DNA of 64,000 nt, taken from NCBI RefSeq assembly GCF_036321535.1, contig NC_087442.1, forward strand, positions 25,854,001-25,918,000, in the 5' to 3' direction. The notes below the pieces were generated by a model. That model searched no databases. It was not told the origin of the DNA and saw nothing but the letters and a program-made list of their open reading frames with translations. A program made the position numbers and the translations under genes. Source of the stretch: Camelus dromedarius. Its lineage: Eukaryota. Shown here piece by piece: positions 1-13,073 of this stretch. Within the stretch, counting starts at the first letter, position 1. Each line of letters opens with the position of its first letter.

Positions 1-356
1 CTGATGCCAACATCCTGGCTTGTGGGACTTGGAACACAAGGGGCTGGAGTTTTAATTCTCACGTGGGGAAAAGAGGTTGGTCTGGGAAGAAAGTGAGCAG
101 GGAGGGGAGTGAGAACTAATTGTTCTCTAAAGTTCACAGTCTCTAAACACAGACCCTACTCTCTCTTCCCTGTGTCCACCAGGAACCTAGTGTCATTTAG
201 AGTGATTATTCATTATTATGTAAGATAAAGCAGCGACTATTGTTAAATAAATCTTTTTTTCCAGAGGAGAGGAAACTAGTTCAGTTACATAGTCTTCACA
301 GCAAGGGTAGGTCTCAATGTAAGGCCATATTTATTCCATGAAAAAAAATGATGAAG

Positions 357-432
357 TCCTCTCTTCCTTCTTCCCTCCCTCCCTCCTGCTGCCTCTCCTT
401 TCCTTTCCCTCCTTCCGTCTTTCCTTCCATTT
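357..432. repeat. Pyrimidine-rich low-complexity tract (CTTC/CCT-like)
   Basis: Near-continuous C/T run: ctcttccttcttccctccctccctcctgctgcctctcctttcctttccctccttccgtctttccttcc. Confidence 0.85.
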
Positions 433-625
433 TTTTCATTTTCTGATTCTTTTTCAGAATAGTATATATCCCTGGTTGAGATAGATAGAACCCAGCTTAA
501 TTCCTGTGTGGCACAAACTTGAACATAATTTATGATTAAAATCAAATGTAGAGACAGTTACGTTTAATATTTAGCCACTTAAGGTACAGCAGGAGTGGTC
601 CCACTAGAGGATTAGAAATCAGAAG

Positions 626-720
626 AGAGGGGTGGGGAGTATATATAGCTCAGTGGTAGAGCGTGTGCCTAGCATGTACGAGGTTCAGGGTTCAACCCCT
701 AGTACCTCCATTAAAAAAAA
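626..720 (+). mobile_element. tRNA-derived SINE of camelid type, with target-site duplication
   Basis: Pol III A box TAGCTCAGTGG (646-656), B box GGTTCAACCC (689-698) and an A-rich tail. Flanked by a 12-bp direct repeat AGAAATCAGAAG (614-625 and 720-731). The body matches my recollection of the camelid SINE (ggggag..tatagctcagtggtagagcg..cctagcatg.acgagg). Confidence 0.85.
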
Positions 721-994
721 GAAATCAGAAGGAAATTAATATTGAAAACTTATACAGGACTTAAGAAAACCCTGGTAGAGCAAATCAGGAGTATTTATGG
801 AAAACTGGCTAGATTTGTGGATGGTTCTATTGTGGTACAGTCAGATGACACTGCAGTGATGGTCACAGCGATCAGTGAAACAAAATCTTCCCACTCTCCT
901 GTTCATGCCTTTGGTGGTTGACAATAGACAAAAAGCTACTGCAGCAGGTGGAATTCCTACATACTCTCATAGAAGAGGTGTTGGTTTCTCTGAT

Positions 995-1705
995 AAAGAA
1001 ATGATTACACACTAATCATCAGGAAAATTCAAATCAAAACCAGGAGATACCACCTCACACTTGTTAGAATGACCATCATCACGAAGATGAGACAACAGGT
1101 GCTGGCGAGGATGTGGTGAAAAAGGAACCTTTATACCATGTTAGTGGGAATGTAAATTAGTCCAGCCACTACAGAAAACAACATAGAGGTTCCTCGAAAC
1201 ATTAAAAATAGATCTATATTGTAGTGGAGTTTCCACTTCTGGGTATATACCTGAAAGAAATGAAAATAGGATTTTGATGGGATACATGCACATCCATGTT
1301 TATCAAATCATCATTCACAATAGCCAAGATACGAAAACAACCCAAATGTCCATTAATGGCTGAGTGGATTAAAAAATGTGGTACTTACACAGAATGGAAT
1401 ATTATTCAGTCATGAGGGAAAAAAAGATATCCTTCCATTTGTGACAACATAGATGGAACTTGAGCACATTATGCTAAATGAGATAAGTCAGACAGAAAAA
1501 GACAAGTACTGTATAATATCACTTACATGTGGAATCTAAAAAGTGAAGCCTATAAAACACAGTAGAACAGTGGTTACTAGAGGAAGGGGGTAGGGGGAAC
1601 CAGAGTGATAGTGTTTAAGGGTATAGATTTGTAACAAATAGCAAATAAGCCATACAGATCAGTATAAAGATATGGACAATAATATTGTATTATAGAAAAA
1701 AGAAG
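995..1705 (+). mobile_element. LINE-1 3' end (ORF2 C-terminus and 3' UTR), 5'-truncated
   Basis: Typical L1 3' text: caaatcaaaaccaggagataccacctcacac, ccacttctgggtatatacc, agccaagatacgaaaacaacccaaatgtcc, atgctaaatgagataagtcagacag. Confidence 0.9.
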
Positions 1706-1949
1706 AAATGGTTACAAGTGAATAATAGATTGGTCAATTAAACATCTCTTTCCAGCTGAGTTTCATGAAACACATTCCCTTTGTAATATTTTGCAATAGC
1801 GGATCGTCAACCTGGTGTGGTAGCAAATAGCGGCACTTTTGTAGTCCTCTTGTTATGTGATATTTCTTGGAATGAGTATTGCTGAGGTGATTTAAGTAGG
1901 AATAATTGATGGAAAATGTGTTAACATAATATATACACCCCAAAATGTC

Positions 1950-3650
1950 TTCTCATACTTTACATTTGCTGGGTGCTGAAGCACCAAGAAGTCAGATTGT
2001 TAAGTTGGAAATGTTTGCCAGCAATGTAGTACATCAGAATTCCTCTCATCACATTAAAGTGGCACTGAAGTCCACCCACAAATAGTCTAGGCCATATGGC
2101 AATGAGTAAAAGAAATAATGTCAGGTAAGTCAGACGTTATTTACTGCTTTCTGAGAGATTGTGAGATACAGTCATACAATCACTTTGGAAATATTATTTC
2201 ATTTTAGTTTTGAACATCTAAAAATTTCCAGAGATAAAGCTATCAGCAAGATAATATGGAATACTGAAGACAGCTAAAGGAAGACTTTCTTGAGGTCATT
2301 CCATATGAATAGACTCCTTCAACACCATTTTACAGAGGTTTTCAGAGTATTATTTTGAATGACTTCTAAAAGTATGATAGTTGAGATATGATGGCACTTA
2401 GGTACATAAATTGTAAGGTTGATATGTTTAAAACTCTTCATTGATTAGTACTATTTTAAAGAAAACAATTGCTGGCACTTTGTATGGTCACATTTGATTC
2501 ATTAGGTTCATTATGAAGTCTGATTTTATTACAATAGCTATAATCCAGGATAAAAGATATAAGTTTTATATTGCACTATGAGGTTCCTACTTATACAACT
2601 AATGTAACTGACTAAATCATTTATATAGAACTTGACCATGGCGCTTTGACAGATAAAGCTTTACATACAATTATTCACAAAGATTTTGTTTTCAATCAAG
2701 AATCACTGTTGAGTTCCTTGAATTAAATGGGTTATCATCCATAGAGATGCTCTCCAGTAGAACTCTCTGCAATGACTAGATTGTTCTAAATCTGTAATGT
2801 CCAGTATGGTAGCTACCAGCCATATGTGGCTCCTGGGCTCTTAAAACGAGACTAGCATATCTGAGAAACTGAATTTTTAATTTAATTTATTTATGTTTAA
2901 GTCTGATTTTAAATGGCTGCATGTGACTAATGATTACATTATCAGACAGTGCAAATCTACAGCATTGACCTATACTGGATGGTAAGAATTCGTGAACTCG
3001 GGATTCCAGCTTCTCTTGCTGGTGTGGCAATGTGATTAATTACCAAAAACAATCCTGAGGAGTGTAAAATAGGAGATGATCATTTGTTGATAGAATCAAT
3101 GGGAATTGAAGGTTTAAGTGGTGATATGAATTTTAAAGTAGCTGATATCAAAACAGAAAGAGCTGTAATGTAGCCCAATATTAAATTTCAAGAAATATCA
3201 GTAAAATTTTAGTGGAAGCCATTCAATAAGCCTCAGTAGTAAAGAAGATATAGCAGTAATAAGCAAACAATTCAAAGCCTTAAGCATCTAGAAAATAAAA
3301 CAGGCCTGTTGTAGAAAATGACCAGGTTCCATTATCAAAAATGATCTGACTTCTTTGGACTGGGAAAAAATGTTATTTTTAAAACTTTAGGTAAAAAAAT
3401 GAGTAACAATTCATCAGTCTAACGAAGAAACATTTTCTATATTTGCATCAACTTATACTACCTGTAAGGACTTCATTTCTAGTATCTTCAAAGATAATTA
3501 GGGGCTGCAATAGGATCTGAAGGAGTTTACACTGCCACAGTGTCTGACACTGAAGACACTGGAGCAATGATAAAGCTGTATCCACACTTGAGTGCGGTAC
3601 TGCTTCACAACATCCGGCCTGGCTGATGATAGATTAAATAGCCCACAGTC
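1950..3650 (-). mobile_element. Highly degraded ancient non-LTR retrotransposon RT region, RTE-X/L4-like
   Basis: Minus-strand translation 3130-2965 gives KPSIPIDSINK...AREAGIPSSRILTI, with the same spacing as the RT consensus RPISLL..I.K...EQAGFR..RST. FYINDLV at 2630-2610 resembles LFNLYINDLV. Interrupted by MER3; boundaries approximate. Confidence 0.5.
2746..2953. mobile_element. MER3-like hAT-Charlie MITE
   Basis: tccagtagaactctctgcaatga...tgtccagtatggtagctaccagccatatgtggct...aactgaatttttaatttaattt...gacagtgca matches the MER3 layout with its internal palindromic arms. Confidence 0.8.
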
Positions 3651-3989
3651 CTACAATTAGAAATTGGACAAAAAATCCAGGTGAAAGAAGTTGGATGTTT
3701 TCTGGCTGATTAAAAAAAAATGAGGGTTTATTATAAAGTAATTCAGTTTTCTGCTGTAACTGTTGTCAAACTCTAAATGATAGGAGCAGAATAGTACTGA
3801 AGGGGCATTTCCTCAGTTATTAATTCTTCTTTCCTGTGATTTCTCAAGTAATTATAGGGTAGAATTCAGCACACCAACAAAGACAGTAACACTTCAGGAG
3901 TACTTTCTAGTGTGTGGATTTATGCGTAAAATAAATATATACTAATATTTTGTTTAAAGTGAAATAGAGGGAATAAGAAATAAGAGAAA

Positions 3990-6080
3990 CGAAGTGAAAG
4001 ACCTTGGTAGTATGAAAATAGAAAAGGAATGTTTAAAATGAAGCAATACATTTCTATTGGAAAATATATCTGAGGAAATTTTTGAGAGAGAACACAGAAA
4101 TAAAAGGATGGAAAAATATGAAACACAGGTTAGGAGAAAGGTTATACATTTTCTTGGAAATGATGCATCCTCATCTAGAGTCCAACACAATTTCTTAGAT
4201 GCAAACCAGAAAAAAAAATGGTCAATAAATCATTTTTAAAACAAAGAGGGGTTGACTAAACTTACTGTTGCAATCATTTCACTATATATGAGTCTAACCT
4301 TTATGCTGTACACCTGAAACTCATACAGTGATGTTATGTCAATTATATCTCGATAACACTGGGGAAAAAAAACCAAAAACAAACCAGAAGCGGCAATAAG
4401 CTACTGTGAACAAGTCAGTAGAAAAAACAGCAAAATTAGACTCTCAAGGACCCAGATATAGTAACATTCAGAAGTGGATTATAAAATGATTTATGAATGA
4501 AAGTTTAAGAAAATTAAAATACGAAGACACAAAATAAGCATACACTATGATTTAAAATAACAAAGTAAATCTGAAGAACAAACCAGAAATTTTTTAGAAA
4601 ATCACTGAAACTGCAAGATCTAAAGAGAGTATTAAGAATTCAGCAAAGAGACACAAAGAGAAGGGAAAAAGAAAAGGCAAGTTAGGGCATATAAAGGCTG
4701 GAATGAGAAAGGGCAGCATACATCAGATGAGGGTTCTGAAAAGATAAAAATGCAAGAATGGGAAGAAGCAATATTTGAAGAGATAGAGGCAGATAATTCC
4801 CCAAATTTAGGAGAGACATGAATTCTTGGGTTCAGAAAACATTCCACATCCCAGAATGATAAATAAAAATAAATCCAATCAAAAATTCCATTTCAAGACA
4901 TACTTAGCAAACTTTGAAGCACCAGAGATAAAAAGAAGATATCAAAAACAAGTGGAGAGAAAAGCTAACTTATCTGTAATGCATAGTCAGTGAGGGTCAC
5001 TGCAAGTCTCTCAAAAGCAGTAGTAAAAACCAGAAGATGATAAAATAGTATCTCAGTAAGGCTTCGAGGAAAGAACTATCAACTTAGAAATATATACATG
5101 GAAAATGGTTATATACGTGGAAAATGATAGAATTATATACATGGAAAAAGACACCTTCAAACAAACAAAAACAAATTTTATTACAAGTACACATACTTAA
5201 GAGAAAATATTAAAGAAAGAAGACAAAAATAAATCCATCTCAAACTAAGTCAGAGATACAAATAGGAATAAAAAGCTTAGAAATTTATGAGACTGACGTG
5301 CTGCCTTCTGCGCTAAGAAGGCAGATGACAAAAGCTTAGAAATTTACAAACGTGGGTTAGCCACAAGATATGAGCCACAATAACGTCTAATTAGTGGGGT
5401 TATAAACAACTAGATGAAACTTATTTCTGGACAAAGTGTAACATTAGATATGAATTGTGTGTAGGCATTAAAGCGCTACATATTGGGTGTCTTAAGAATG
5501 TAGACTGGTTATTTTTGACTTTATAAATTAAACATACATTTTTTAGAATATACATTGATAGTAAAAATAAGAGTATATTACATCCAAGTTAATGTAGGGA
5601 GAAAATGCAATTAAAGAAATGCCACTAGAAGGCAAGAAGACAGGAAAAAATGAAGTTTAAGCATATCAGTGCAAATACACGTAAGGGGAATAACCTTCCG
5701 TTGCCTCCTACACACAGAGCTAAAAGACAGTTTGTTGAGTTATAGATTGCCTAAAGAAGATATATACAAAGCATAAAGACATAGAAAGTTGAATATAATT
5801 TTCAAGATGACCATGTAAATTCAGGTATTTTCCTTTTTTTCCTCCTACAAACCATTCAAAATCAATAAAGAGAATAAAAGCTTAAAGTACAAATGACATT
5901 TTGTACATCATGGCTACTGGCCACAAATACACACTCTTTACCCCCAGCCCTAAACCTCAAGGATAAAATAGAGTCAAAGATCTGATATTTAAAAAATGGA
6001 CATTTAATGAAGCCACTATTACTTGAAAAAAGGAAAGCACAGAAGACTAAATAATGAGCAATATTGGATAACAAGTTGGA
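3990..6080 (+). mobile_element. Old L1 (L1ME/MD-type) ORF1-to-endonuclease fragments, with a short younger L1 3' tail at about 4245-4370
   Basis: A-rich L1 ORF1-like text (ggaagaagcaatatttgaagagatagaggcagataattccccaaattt, gagataaaaagaagatatcaaaa, agaactatcaacttagaa) and a 3'-tail fragment (tgtacacctgaaactcatacagtg...tcaattatatctc). Confidence 0.7.
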
Positions 6081-6559
6081 TTGTTTGCCTCCACCTCATA
6101 AAATAAGAAGGCTAAGGCATTTTACGCTACTCTTTTACTGAGGTTGGGTCAAGTTTATAAAAACAGGTAAAAATACTAAGATAATTCAGAATTTTTTAAA
6201 GTAGGTAAATTAATATTTAATATATAGATTATTAATGATAAGCTTACCGTATCACTTTCTATGCTATATTATAAAAATTATATTTCTATGAGGCCTAGGA
6301 ATCAATAGACTTCTCTCAGGAATGAAGAAAAAAATGAAAGAAAAATGATTATAATGCTTAATTTTATATATTGTATTCTTTGAGCTCATAGTTTGTAGTC
6401 CAAAAATATTTAGCATCGTTTTAAGTTTTTTTCATGTGTTAGGTTTATACTGGTTTTATTGTTTATGTTGTTTGTTTTAGTCACTTAGTTGTGTATACAT
6501 TTCTTCAAATATTTACAAGGAGTATTTTTATTCTTATAGAGTGGGAATAGTAAAAGAAA

Positions 6560-7193
6560 AAATGCTTCTCTCCTCACAGCACTTACAGCACTGACGAAAG
6601 TCCAGGCCTCCCATATTTCTGACCTTCTTGTTCTAAATCAAGGGTTCCCACGACCCCCTTTTTGGGTTTGAAAATTTGCCAAAACAGTTCACAGAACTCT
6701 AGAAAGTGCTTTCCTTACTCTTACCCGTTTATTAAAAAAAGGACACAAGTTAGGAGCAAGCACGTGGAAGAGGTGTGGAGAGCAGGTATGGCGAAGGGGC
6801 GGGAGCTTCTGTGTCCTCTCCCCACATTCCACCTTGCCATGTGTTCCCCAGCCCAGCTCTTTGAACCCCTTCGTTTAGGAGGTTCCATTACAAAGGAATG
6901 CTTCGATCAAATCATCTGCTGTTGGTGAGTAAGTCAATCTCCAGGCCTTCTCCTTTCCCCAGAGGTAAGGAGTTGGGGCTGACAGTTTCAGCTCTCTAAT
7001 CATGTGGTTGGTTCCTCTGGCAACCAGTCTCCTTTCTTCATTAGCGTAAACTTGGGTAGACCAAGAGGGGCTTATTATAAATAACAAAAGGTGCCTCTCT
7101 CACTCTTATCACTCAGGAAATTCCTAGGGTTTTATGAACTCTGTGCCAGGAAGAAGGGACAGAGACCAAATACGTATTTCTTCTTATGTTACA
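6560..7193 (-). mobile_element. MER21-family (ERVL) solo LTR
   Basis: gggttcccacgacccccttttgggtttgaaaatttgcc...cagttcacagaactc...tttccttactcttacccgtttatt. The reverse complement begins TGTAACATAAGAAGAAATACGTATTTGGTCTCTGTCCC, the MER21 start. Confidence 0.8.
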
Positions 7194-7873
7194 GATAGTT
7201 AAAAAAATAAATAAAAGAAGCTATGTCTTGTATTTTAAAGGAATGTATAAATTAACGGCAGAGGATGGGCTAGATAAAGAATGGAAAATAGCAAACATGA
7301 AACTATTAAAAATAATTTACAATCCAGAAGGAACTTACTCTTCCATTTAGATTAATATGTACATGTATTAGAATTTATGTATCATACTTAATATATTTAC
7401 TTTAAAGGCACATTTCATACAATCTTTATAAAGTACACTGATTTTTTTGCTTAGATTAAAAAATTAATTAGTAAACTTGACTGTCTTTTTCCAGTACCTA
7501 AAATCTGTTAGTTTGTGGGTGGAATTTGTTATTTTATTGTGTCATGCATTGTCCAACTGTTAATTTGTATTATGTCAGGTATATTTATATAAAAAGAGCA
7601 AATTATTTTTAAAATGATTAGAAATATTCCCTGTTCATTCCAATAAAATTCTGTGCTATAGTGCTTTCTGTTAATTGTCCCTGGCTCTGTGCACAACAAC
7701 AGATGGACTCCATGGCTGTAAGGAAAAATTTGTGCATTCTAAAAGCAACTTTAGTAGAAACTCTCAAAAAAAAAAAGGCAGAAAGAGGAGTATTTGAAGG
7801 CAAAATTGTGAAATTTATGCATTATTCTTTGTGGGCCAGACGTAAATATTTTAAAAATGCGTAGGCTGCAGTA

Positions 7874-8300
7874 CAGGTTTCTCTCGCTATCCAGAAGTGG
7901 AGCGTTCCTGTGAAACCTTTCCTAGGCTGACAAGGTGTAAAGCGCAGAAGCAGTTACATTAGGACACACCTTCCTAATGGACGCGCAAAGTAAATGAGGT
8001 AAAAGCGCAGATGCTCACGGACAGAGTGCCAAGCTCTAGCACCTGGACGACGCTGAGATGCTGAGTGTAGTTCCCGGGGAGGGAGCGTGGGGTGGCCACT
8101 CTCACTGCTCGGGGTGTGCTGTCTCTGTAACAGCTCCCTGCAGAACAGACACTGAATGCTATTTTCATTCTGCACTTTTTTTTTGTTAAAATAAAAATCC
8201 TCTTTGGATTTCATTTTGTTAGTGAAAACAAGCACTAATGTAGGTCTTTGATAAAAGCAAAGTGGCATAAGGTGGACTTTTGAAAAGTGGGGAATACCTG
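7874..8300. mobile_element. TcMar-Tigger-type MITE with TIRs and TA target duplication
   Basis: TA|CAGGTTTCTCTCGCT at the left end and AGTGGGGAATACCTG|TA at the right end: imperfect terminal inverted repeats flanked by TA. Confidence 0.85.
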
Positions 8301-8689
8301 TAAATACTTTCCAAAACACTTGATAATAGTAGGGAAAGACAGCTTTTTAAATTCATAACTTACCTGTAGTTCTGTGTTTTTTAACTGCAGCATATTCTCT
8401 TTGTTCTTAGATTTGTTATTCTGTGTTTTTTTTTTAAATGGTATGTTTGAGCTATGTATTTTTGTGAAGATTCTTGTTCTGTGTTTGAGGGAAAGGGCAC
8501 CGCTAGTGCAACCCAACACTTTTGTATTAAAGGATGACTAACTGTATCCTTCTCTTGTTCGCACTTTTCACTAGTCAGAGGAAATGTTTTGCAAATTGAC
8601 AACATATGCACCATCTGGCTTTGGTGTACATAATTCACACAGTGAAAGACAACGTAGTTACATGACTGAAAGGAACCAATTTGGATCCA

Positions 8690-8825
8690 GATAGACCTTC
8701 TTTTGTAGTAGGCTGTGTGAATATGGACTAATTATTTACCATCTCTGGTCTTCAGTTTCCCTATCTGTGAGTGAAAACAACCTTAGTTACCTACAGAATT
8801 GCAACATGGATGAAGTGATAAACCA
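8690..8825 (+). mobile_element. MIR fragment
   Basis: ggctgtgtgaatatggactaattatttaccatctctggtcttcagtttccctatctgtga resembles the MIR core. Confidence 0.6.
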
Positions 8826-9211
8826 ATTAAAAGCTATTGGCTTAAAAACACTACATACATCATTTAGAATTGAACATTAGCTAGTAAGGAATGGCTAAGT
8901 TTTTACCTACATATATAAAATTTAATCATTAAACAAAATCAGTCCTTATGAAAAGAGAAGAATTTTTTTCCCACTAGTCTAGTATCTTTTCTGAATTGGT
9001 GGCCATTCATGCAATGGTGATTAGAGGAGCAAGCATTGTGGGACACAGAGAAGGGGATGTCAGCTTGATTTTGGAGACAATAAAAGGCCTGAGGAATTAT
9101 AGAGATACTTCAATTATAAAAGAAAAATAATCTGAAAAATTTACTTAATATACCAGATATTTGATGATGTGGACACCAAACCAACACAAAGTCCTTGCAC
9201 TCCTCCAAATT

Positions 9212-9212
9212 A

Positions 9213-9267
<55 letters not shown>

Positions 9268-9296
9268 GTCTATCTATCTAGTTACCTACCTACCTA
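9212..9296. repeat. Compound tetranucleotide microsatellite (TCTG)n(TCTA)n(ACCT)n
   Basis: Directly visible tandem array. Confidence 0.95.
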
Positions 9297-9855
9297 AAAA
9301 TTTCTTCCCTGCCCAGCCTCGGGACTCAGGACTTACATTACATGTCTCCTAGTCCTGGAGGATCTGAGTTGGCTCCTGAACTTGTAGGAGCCCTGCCAGT
9401 CCCCATCCACCACCATCAGTGCTCCTCCTCCCTTTTCAACTGTAAGATCCAGAACTAGACAAAGCTGTCTATTGAGAGTAAGAAAGCGTAAATTCAATGT
9501 TCGGACAGTTTTATACTTGTGTGTGTTACATTTTAAAGGGAATGCTTCCACATTTCCTCCTGTTTTGAGATGTGCTTGTGATCCCAGGCTCCCAATTTTG
9601 GGTTCTGGGAAAGTCAAGTGATTATGTTCATCACCTCAGTTATTAAGGACCCTTCTTTCCTGACCATCATAGCAGTACTACTGATGTTGAAGGTCATCCA
9701 TTGCATGTCCAACAACTCTGCCTAATACGAGCCTTATATATTCTCCCAGAAGAAATGTTTCTGCATAAAACCTGCAAACTGGGCTGGGCAAAAGAAACTA
9801 AAATGATTTGCTCAGGATTTACAGTTACGTGGACTATTACTGTAGCTTTATAGAC

Positions 9856-10174
9856 CAGCACTACCTAATAGATACACAATGTGAGCCACCCCATATCATT
9901 TCAAATTTTCCAGTAGCCACACATTTTAAAAGTAAAAATAAATAAGTAAAATTTATTTTAGTAATATATTTTATTTAATACAACATACCTAAAATATCAT
10001 TTCTACATGTAACCAATATAAAAACTTTATTGAGATATTTTCATTCTTTTTTCATAAGACATCCTTCAAAATCTGGTGTGTATTTTATATTCATATTGCA
10101 GGTCAATTCAGGACAGCCACGGTTCAGGTGCTGAATGGTCTCTTGTCGCTTGTACCTTCCATGTTGGACAGTAG
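9856..10174. mobile_element. MER33-like hAT-Charlie MITE
   Basis: cagcactacctaatagatacacaatgtgagccac...ttcaaattttccagtagccacacattttaaaagt...aaaatctggtgtgtatttta...ttggacagtaga. Confidence 0.8.
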
Positions 10175-11984
10175 AGGGGCATAGGGTTAATGCAATTTAA
10201 GGAAAAACGTGATTATGCATGGGAAGATATTCTCATTCTAGAATTCATGATTGATGATGACTCTTATTTTAAAAACAACTTTCCAAAATACACATACTGG
10301 GCAAGGGATGAGAAATCTAGCACACAATATTTCATCTCTTTAAAATTTAAAATATGACCACCTAGAGATCCATAGCATTAGATCCAAATGTCAAATATCA
10401 ATGTGATTTCCAATTGTAATCGATCAAAAAGGAAAATTCATATCCTAGACCTGAGAAGACTCAAGAAAGCAGCATAGCTGTCTTTCAGTATCTGAAGGAG
10501 TCTCAGGAGATGACCAACACAAATGCTCTTTGTTCAAAGGAAACTAGTACTTTAAATGTATATTTAGAACTCCTCTGTTGTCATTTAAATCTAACGGCAG
10601 AGTCAAATTTCTGCTGAGAACTGACTTCCTGTATTTCCATCCTGAGGAGAAGCCTGGATATACCCAAGTCCTTCATTCTGTAATTATAAGTCTTGTATCT
10701 CAATCTCCTTCTAAAAAGAGCCCCCCTGCCCCCAAATGTTAGGAAGTCATTAGAAATTCATCACCATTCAGTCTTTCAAATCGCTGCCAAGATTGCTAGT
10801 AAGAGTGCCAGACAGCTCTTAGCTGCTTGCAGATCTGGGCTGAGCTGAGCAGGCAGGCTGACACCGAGTCTTTATCTCCCATTACTGATTTTGAGTGATC
10901 TGACTTCCTATCAGTTTTAATTTTGATGACTTCTATTGGTTTTATTAGTGAGAACAGTAGGAAAAATGAATACTAACATATGAAAAGTGTCTGTAATGGA
11001 ATCATATTACTAACATGGATATTTCATTTCTTAATAGCTGTCCTGGTCACAATTTGTAACTCATTGTCAGCTGGGTATTGAATTTTTCAAAAATTCAAAT
11101 TCTCTGTGAAATTAGCTTACTCTGCTTCTTCTTTTATTTTTATAATTGTCATAAATATGACAGCGTATAACATATTATTTCTTAATCATTAGAAAGATGT
11201 GTGACATCAGGGAGAGAAAAATTGAACTTAGTTTGTGGGTCAGCGCAATACAGACAATTAATTGCTTTTAAGTTATGCTAAGAGATGGTTTTTATTATAT
11301 GCAATGTCTGTGTTTTCCAGGGTTTTGAAGAATTGTATCTATGACCATATATTATTCAAAATATAAACCTAAAACCCTCCCCTCTGCTCTCTAAAAACAA
11401 ATCATTACTGTCAAGCAGTGTTTGCCCTCTGAGTTTATCAACCATATATTCCTTAATGATAGATGACTTATAAGTGAATGACAGTTCACCTTATAAAACT
11501 GTTTAGAGTAAAAAAGATGGAGTTTACTATAATCGGTTAACTACCCTCCCTTAAATTTCTGTAAAATCTCAGCCTGAAAGTAGCTTGTATAAATACCAAA
11601 AGGGCATGGTTTGAGATGACAGATGCTAAAAACTTTTACTTTTGAGGACTGGAGAAAGTAATGACTATGGAGATATCTTGTATATTAGGAGAATATCTTT
11701 TATTGAACACTTATATGCTTCTTTGGAATAGCCCCTTTCAAAATCTTATATGTCACAGTAAAAGAAATGAAATATACCTTTCCATCATGACAGATCCCAG
11801 AAATTGGCCAATAAGTGGCATATATATAAATACACACACTCTAGAATATACTAGAGACTTTAAAAAAGGAATGACTAGTTTAAAGTTGCACTTTTCTTGT
11901 GGTTCTTTAAAAAGAGAAAAAAATAAGGCATTGGGTAAAAAAGACAAAGCCATTTAAAACACTCAACCAGAAATGGAAACAAAA

Positions 11985-12092
11985 ACATATATGTATCTGT
12001 GTATATATATTAATGGAAAAATGTTTATTTTATATATACATATATATCATATATAATATAAGGAAGTATATACATATATATATATGTATATA
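11985..12092. repeat. Imperfect (AT)n/(ATAC)n low-complexity repeat
   Basis: catatatatgtatctgtgtatatatat...tatatatacatatatatcatatataatata...tatacatatatatatatgtatatac. Confidence 0.8.
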
Positions 12093-13073
12093 CCTTTAAA
12101 GTAGCACCAGTGGTGCATCACCAACCCAGCTGAGCACTTTATATCTTGTAAGGTCACTTTTCATGCAGATTACTTGAAAGATGACTGTTTGCCTCTCTTC
12201 TGTGACTTCCATTAAATCAGCATTCAGTAAGCCTGGCTTCCTGGCGAAGAACAGAACATTCAGCTCATATGTGAAGAAAGAGATCTCTCCAATGAGAAGG
12301 GAGGGCAGAGAGTGGGAAAAGTAGCAAGTCGGGCACAAAGGCACAAAGGCCCGTGATTCATAAGGAGGGTGGGAGAGCCAGGCCTGCCTCCACTCCAGCC
12401 ACAGTATAGATGCCACAACTGGCACTTACTTGGCAGACGAACCACCAGGGCACTGCCCTTGGCAGCTTTACAGAGTTAACCTTTATGTGAAGAGGAACCG
12501 TTCTACGACAATGTCTCCAATATGCTTGCCACAAAAATTCTTTTTCCCCCTACAAAAAGGAGGGGAAATGCATGGAAAGGCATATTTCATTTTTCCATTC
12601 ACCATTTACCCCTTGCTGCAGAGGCAACATTCATGGTTCATTGTGGAAAATTTCCTCTATGCCTTGTGTGTGCCTCATAGTCCCCTAAGAACGTGTAAAG
12701 GACGGTTCATAGAGGACACAACAACAATGGCTTTTATTAGTTCACTGCATTTTCCTTTCAATTCAGGGTCATAGCATAACTCTCTCTCTCCCTGGTCACT
12801 TTCTGTATGGGTCATCTTTCAGTCGGTCTCATTCCCAATGGCACAGTCTCTACCTGGAATGTTGCCTTCTGTCCTACTGTCCCTTCTTCACTCACATGCC
12901 ACATTATACAAGTGGCTGTGATGGTGGCCTTCTTGCTTCCATTTATATGACTATCAATTGCCTGTAGTTAGTTATTCTCAGTACTCATGTACTGACCGTC
13001 AGAAGTGCCAAAATATACATGGTACCTTGTGTTTGAGAAAGAGAAAGCTCTTGTTTAAGAAAGTTGGAGGGAA

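Noticed and set aside
626-720. Possible tRNA gene (A and B boxes)
   Set aside because: No complete acceptor stem; it has an A tail and a TSD, so it is a tRNA-derived SINE.
3540-3630. Possible C/D snoRNA or miRNA hairpin (ATGATA...CTGA; cagtgtct/agacactg stem)
   Set aside because: The C box is non-canonical, there is no terminal stem, the hairpin is only 8 bp, and the region is better explained as a LINE fossil.
7954-8319. 121-aa ORF and CpG-rich patch
   Set aside because: Lies within a Tigger-type MITE; no protein similarity and not a CpG-island promoter.
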